DNA of 64,000 bases from Candidatus Multivoradales bacterium. Its GTDB lineage: Bacteria > Acidobacteriota > Thermoanaerobaculia > Multivoradales > JAHEKO01. A program made the position numbers and the translations under genes. Below are positions 57,307 to 64,000 of the stretch, in pieces; the stretch's first letter is position 1, and every line of letters starts with the position of its first letter. The notes below the pieces were generated by a model, which made no database searches, was not told the DNA's origin, and worked only from the letters and a program-made list of their open reading frames with translations. The stretch spans positions 3,008,001 through 3,072,000 of the forward strand of contig CBDFIJ010000004.1 in the NCBI GenBank assembly GCA_965248055.1. Reading direction: 5' to 3'.

Positions 57307-58743
57307 TTAGCTCGCTGGGTTGCTCGTCTGCGTCGTTGCGGGCCGACGGTTTGTGGTGACGGGTGTGGCTAGCGCTATCGCCAGCAACAACAGTGCGCTC
57401 GGCAACAGCAGAATGATCTCAGACAAGTAGCGCAGCATGGGAAACGAGGTCATGCTGACCAGGACCAGTGCTCCGGCTCCGTGAGCCAGACAGGCGACCC
57501 CCAGAGGCGTAGCTCTGGCCGCTCTCCCAGTCGCAATGTCAGGCGGTAGCGTCTTGGACTTGCCGAACCTTCGCCACCCCAGTGCAGCGAGGGTGAACAA
57601 CAGCGAGATGATCACCGTAGGCTGTCGGATAAGGCCTTCTAAACCGTAGCGTATCGCGCCCAAAATCCAACTCAGATAGCCACCGGGACGCTGTTGGATC
57701 ACCCCCACCGCGATCGATTGCAAACGCCGATCGCGTTCCACCGCGAAACTGGTGCCCCACAGGTCTTCAGCCTGGGTGACCTGACCTCGTTCGAGGTCGC
57801 GGTTCATATGCCAACTGGTCGATCGTACGCTGACCCGCCACAGGCTCCGGTTGTAGTAGGGAAACCACTCGCGCGCATCCGCCCCCCAGCGCAACTGGGG
57901 CCAATGGTTCCGATCGCGCCGTTTGAGAATCAACCGCGCTGTGGGCCGTACGTCATCCGCCAGCTGAGTGATGGCCTGCTGATCCACCAGAAAGGTGGAA
58001 ATCGCAGCCAGGTTGGTTCCGGCAAACGAAACCAGACCGAAGTGTCCGACGGTGACCAATCGCAGCGTGGCAAACAACAGCCACGGAACCACCGTGGCTA
58101 GCGCTGCAGCGGCAATCGAAGGCCAGCGCCGGCGGTTGGGGTTTCGCCAACTGAGCAGGGCGACCGCCAGCGGCACCCAGACCACCAGCCACTGGGTGGT
58201 CGGGCGCACTTGAATGGCGCTAAATACCAGTACTGCGAGAGCAGGCCATAGCCACGCTGAACGGCGCTCGGAACAAAGGGCGAAAACTGCACCGGTCGCC
58301 AGCAAGGTCAGCGACGTTGCAACACTCTCGGTCAGCAGGCTGGCGGTAAAACGTGTGGTCAAGGCAAAAGGCAGCGGCAGTGCTGCGATCAGTGCGATAT
58401 TCGGGCTAGAGGTGAAGCGGCGAACTCCGAAAAAGAAGCCGATGCAGCCCAACGAGTAGAACAGGGTGTGGAGATAGGGGACTGCAGCGTGCTGTGGCGC
58501 GAGTTGGCCAGCGATCCGAAGAAACCACGGATACCCAATCGTCCGGTAGTAGCTCAAAGAGCGGGACCAAGATCCGTCCAGCGGTGCGGTCAAGTAGCTT
58601 TCGGTGTCGGGCTCGACCACCGGTTCAAACCCACCGTGCAGTGTTCGCCAGCTCCAGGAAATCAACAGAGCGAGGATTAGCAGCGCCAGTGGGGCAGCGG
58701 CTCGCCATCGGCTCGAAGGATTCTCAGTTGGCGCGGGCGTCAT
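57307..58743 (-). CDS. Polytopic membrane protein, GT-C (ArnT/PMT-like) glycosyltransferase candidate
   Basis: TM1 followed by PDTESY, RTIGYPWFL, LLTES, VRP. ATG 58743 overlaps the UbiA stop. Confidence 0.65.
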   Translation of the reverse strand: MTPAPTENPSSRWRAAAPLALLILALLISWSWRTLHGGFEPVVEPDTESYLTAPLDGSWSRSLSYYRTIGYPWFLRIAGQLAPQHAAVPYLHTLFYSLGCIGFFFGVRRFTSSPNIALIAALPLPFALTTRFTASLLTESVATSLTLLATGAVFALCSERRSAWLWPALAVLVFSAIQVRPTTQWLVVWVPLAVALLSWRNPNRRRWPSIAAAALATVVPWLLFATLRLVTVGHFGLVSFAGTNLAAISTFLVDQQAITQLADDVRPTARLILKRRDRNHWPQLRWGADAREWFPYYNRSLWRVSVRSTSWHMNRDLERGQVTQAEDLWGTSFAVERDRRLQSIAVGVIQQRPGGYLSWILGAIRYGLEGLIRQPTVIISLLFTLAALGWRRFGKSKTLPPDIATGRAARATPLGVACLAHGAGALVLVSMTSFPMLRYLSEIILLLPSALLLLAIALATPVTTNRRPATTQTSNPAS

Positions 58744-59720
58744 GGCACTGGAGGGAGGATGCGGATGTAGTGGGGTTCCGCCAGTCGATTCAAGATCGGT
58801 AGGTCGATCCAAGTGAGCACCACGAAACCGACCACCACAGCTGCGGCTAGTAGCACTATGTGGGATTCGCGCCACAGTTTCTCAGGAGTTTGGGTCGGCG
58901 ACTGGGGGTCGAGCCCGAGCCCTAGATAAAGAACGAACAGCAATGCCACCAAGGGGATCAGGAGCAGGTACTCGATACGGTACTTGACCAAGAAAACGGT
59001 GAGGGCGAAGGTCGAACCCAGGGCATAGAGCACGGCAACTTGCAGCAGGTGTCGTTCATTGAGCGCTGCGATCGAAGGTCGGTAGGCGACCAGGGCTTCC
59101 TCTCCCGCTTGCTGCACCACGAAACGACGTTCAGCCAGACGCTTGATGGTCATCAAGAATGCGCCTCCAGTCCAGTAGGCCAACAAAAGGCTCGACGGAG
59201 GCAGGGTCGATGGGTCGACGATTGCCCAACCCAACGCCAGCCGCAGCGGGTTGTTAAACGACTCCAAGACGACGTCGGCCAGGGCGCGGTCTTTGAGTCG
59301 GAGCGGAGGGGTGTTGTAGAGAGCCCCGGCGACTAAGAACAACACGCTCAACACCACGAAGGTGCGATTGATCGCCATCACTCCGAGCCCCAGTCCGAGC
59401 ACGACTAAGGCTGTGTAGAGGGCGAAGACGCCCGGAGAGCGCAGTTGGAATCGGACCGCTGGACGGCTGGATTTGAGCGGGTGCTGAGCATCGTGATGAC
59501 GATCCAGCCACTCGTTGAGCACATAGTTGGCGGAAGCCAGCAAGCAGACTGCCAGCACGCCGATTACCGCCCGCGTGACCCAGGGATCGTGCGAGGGAGT
59601 TAGCAGGGCCGCGAGGCCGATCCCCGGCAGCACAAAGACCTGTTTGATCCAGTGGTCTACCCGTGCCAGAGACAGATAGTGGCGCCAGTTTCCGGCGGGA
59701 CGATGGGCAGGGGAGGGCAT
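58740..59720 (-). CDS. UbiA-family prenyltransferase (decaprenyl-phosphate phosphoribosyltransferase-like)
   Basis: RVDHWIKQVFV, SANYVLNEWLDRHHDAQHPLKSSRP, LYN.PP.RLK, KRLAE. Confidence 0.88.
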   Translation of the reverse strand: MPSPAHRPAGNWRHYLSLARVDHWIKQVFVLPGIGLAALLTPSHDPWVTRAVIGVLAVCLLASANYVLNEWLDRHHDAQHPLKSSRPAVRFQLRSPGVFALYTALVVLGLGLGVMAINRTFVVLSVLFLVAGALYNTPPLRLKDRALADVVLESFNNPLRLALGWAIVDPSTLPPSSLLLAYWTGGAFLMTIKRLAERRFVVQQAGEEALVAYRPSIAALNERHLLQVAVLYALGSTFALTVFLVKYRIEYLLLIPLVALLFVLYLGLGLDPQSPTQTPEKLWRESHIVLLAAAVVVGFVVLTWIDLPILNRLAEPHYIRILPPVP

Positions 59721-59845
59721 GGTGGTCGCGGACGCAAGATGCAAACCGGAAGCCAGGATGGTAGCAAGGTTGGGCCCCAGTTGGAGCGAGTTTTCCTATC
59801 GCCAATAGAGGGAATGATCAGGCTGGCCTCGTTGGTGGCGCGGTT

Positions 59846-59980
59846 AGATCCCGGCTCCCCGCTCGTTCCGCCCGCCGGGATGACGGTAGTACTGTCACCC
59901 TGCCATCGCTATCGTCCCCCGTAGAGCCCTGGCCCAGCGTGAGGGGACTGGGGACTGAGTTCTTGGTGATCGGGGATCTG
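59846..59980. repeat. REP-like modules between nrdB and the UbiA gene
   Basis: AGATCCCGGCTCCC...GCCGGGATGAC and GGTGATCGGGGATCT match modules of the 294-bp unit. Confidence 0.65.
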
Positions 59981-60025
59981 CTCAGCGAAGCCAACTGCCG
60001 AGCTTGGCTTAGGGGATTGATCCGG

Positions 60026-61021
60026 TTAGTCCCATTCCAGGCTGGCGCCGGTCTGGTACTCAGTGACCCGGGTCTCGAAGAAGTTCTTTTCTTTGGAGAG
60101 ATCGGTTGCCTGGGACATCCAAGGAAAGGGATTCTTGGTGTTGTACTGCTCCGGCAAGTCGATGCGTTTCAAGCGTCGGTCGGCGATGTACTCGACATAT
60201 TCGGCGAACTGCTCGGCGTTGATGCCCAGCAATCCTTGCGGGCAAGCGTCGTAGGCGTAGGCTTTTTCCAGTTCCACCGAGTGGCGAATCAAGCCCACCA
60301 ATTCGTCTTGAAAGTCTGCGGTCCAGATCTGTGGGAACTCGGTCTTGATGGTGTTGATCAGATCGCAGCCGAAGGCTAAGTGGAGACTCTCGTCGCGCAT
60401 GATGTATTCGAACTGCTCGCCGATGCCGATCATCTTGTTCTGGCGCTTGAGCGCTAGGATCATTGCAAACCCAGCGTAGAAAAAGATCCCTTCCATGATC
60501 ACGTAGTAACCGACCAGATCGTGGACAAACTTTTGGATGTTCTCGTCACCTTCGGTAACAAAGGTGGGGTCAAAAACCGACTTGGTCAAATTGACCACAA
60601 AGTCGTCCTTTTCCTTGATCGAAGGGACGGTGTTGTACATGTTGTAGATCTCGTCGGGGTCGAGCCCGAGAGTGTCACAACAGTAGATGAAGGTGTCGGT
60701 ATGAATCGCCTCTTCAAAGGCCTGACGCAACAAGTACTGGCGCGATTCGGGGTTGGTGACGTGCTGATAAACCGCGAGCACGATGTTGTTGGCGGTCAAG
60801 GACTCGGCTGTCGAGAAAAAGCCCAGATTCCACAGGATCAGACGCCGCTCTGCCTCGGACAACACGGTCGACGATTTCCACTGTTCGACGTCCTTTTGCA
60901 TCGACACTTCTTCCGGGCTCCAGTTGTTCGCCACCCCATCCTTGTAGTGCTGGCGAGCCCAGTTGTAGGTCATCGGCAGAATTTTGTTGGGATCGGTCTT
61001 GGAGTTGTTAATGATCGACAT
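60026..61021 (-). CDS. nrdB: Ribonucleotide reductase beta subunit, class Ic (Mn/Fe) signature
   Basis: FSTAES (E73), EEAIHTDTF (E104, H107, F111), MEGIFF (E177), DESLH (E211, H214), C-terminal FFETRVTEY. Confidence 0.95.
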   Translation of the reverse strand: MSIINNSKTDPNKILPMTYNWARQHYKDGVANNWSPEEVSMQKDVEQWKSSTVLSEAERRLILWNLGFFSTAESLTANNIVLAVYQHVTNPESRQYLLRQAFEEAIHTDTFIYCCDTLGLDPDEIYNMYNTVPSIKEKDDFVVNLTKSVFDPTFVTEGDENIQKFVHDLVGYYVIMEGIFFYAGFAMILALKRQNKMIGIGEQFEYIMRDESLHLAFGCDLINTIKTEFPQIWTADFQDELVGLIRHSVELEKAYAYDACPQGLLGINAEQFAEYVEYIADRRLKRIDLPEQYNTKNPFPWMSQATDLSKEKNFFETRVTEYQTGASLEWD

Positions 61022-61124
61022 GGAAGACTAGCTCTCTCCGGCTAACAAAAGTTGGGTTATTGACGGGCCGGTATCGGCTACGCGGTCCCCCAAAGGGTTA
61101 TTAAAATGCTGCACCCGGTTGCCC

Positions 61125-63986
<2,862 letters not shown>

Positions 63987-64000
63987 GCTCTTAATTCCTC

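Noticed and set aside
58744-58875. Extended start of the GT-C-like ORF
   Set aside because: It lies inside the UbiA gene; the ATGA-coupled start at 58743 is more plausible.

Overview
A 64-kb bacterial chromosomal window, GC-rich by eye. Gene content and an Acidobacteria/Alphaproteobacteria-type LexA box suggest an Acidobacteriota-like organism (inference only). Core-like genes: NhaC-family antiporter (cut at the left edge), recA, murB, a MoxR-DUF58-transglutaminase operon, a divergent polysaccharide cluster (WcaJ-like initiator plus five GT4 glycosyltransferases), yceD-rpmF-plsX-fabH-fabD-fabG-acpP-fabF, an FHA-GAF-PP2C phosphatase, a Thr-type sulfatase-like lipoprotein, ETF-QO, fused aroDE, trpG/pabA, an NSS transporter with an unlisted 31-aa partner ORF, Prx6, an M3 peptidase, a B12 mutase cluster (icmF, a single-chain beta-alpha methylmalonyl-CoA mutase, meaB), a UbiA/GT-C-like pair and a ribonucleotide reductase whose beta subunit has the class Ic (Mn/Fe, no Tyr radical) signature. 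The most unusual part is 40.9-46.3 kb. There, accessory genes (NolW-like, secreted unknown, nucleotidyltransferase pair, frameshifted Schlafen/AlbA_2) are interleaved with modular palindromic repeats. These include two covarying copies of a ~170-nt structured element and a ~35-nt mini-element that has inserted both into one of those copies and into the anticodon loop of a tRNA-Arg-like gene. A 294-bp tandem array built from the same modules lies at 55.6-56.2 kb. No CRISPR array, rRNA, integrase or transposase was seen. All calls come from reading the sequence; no database searches were run.
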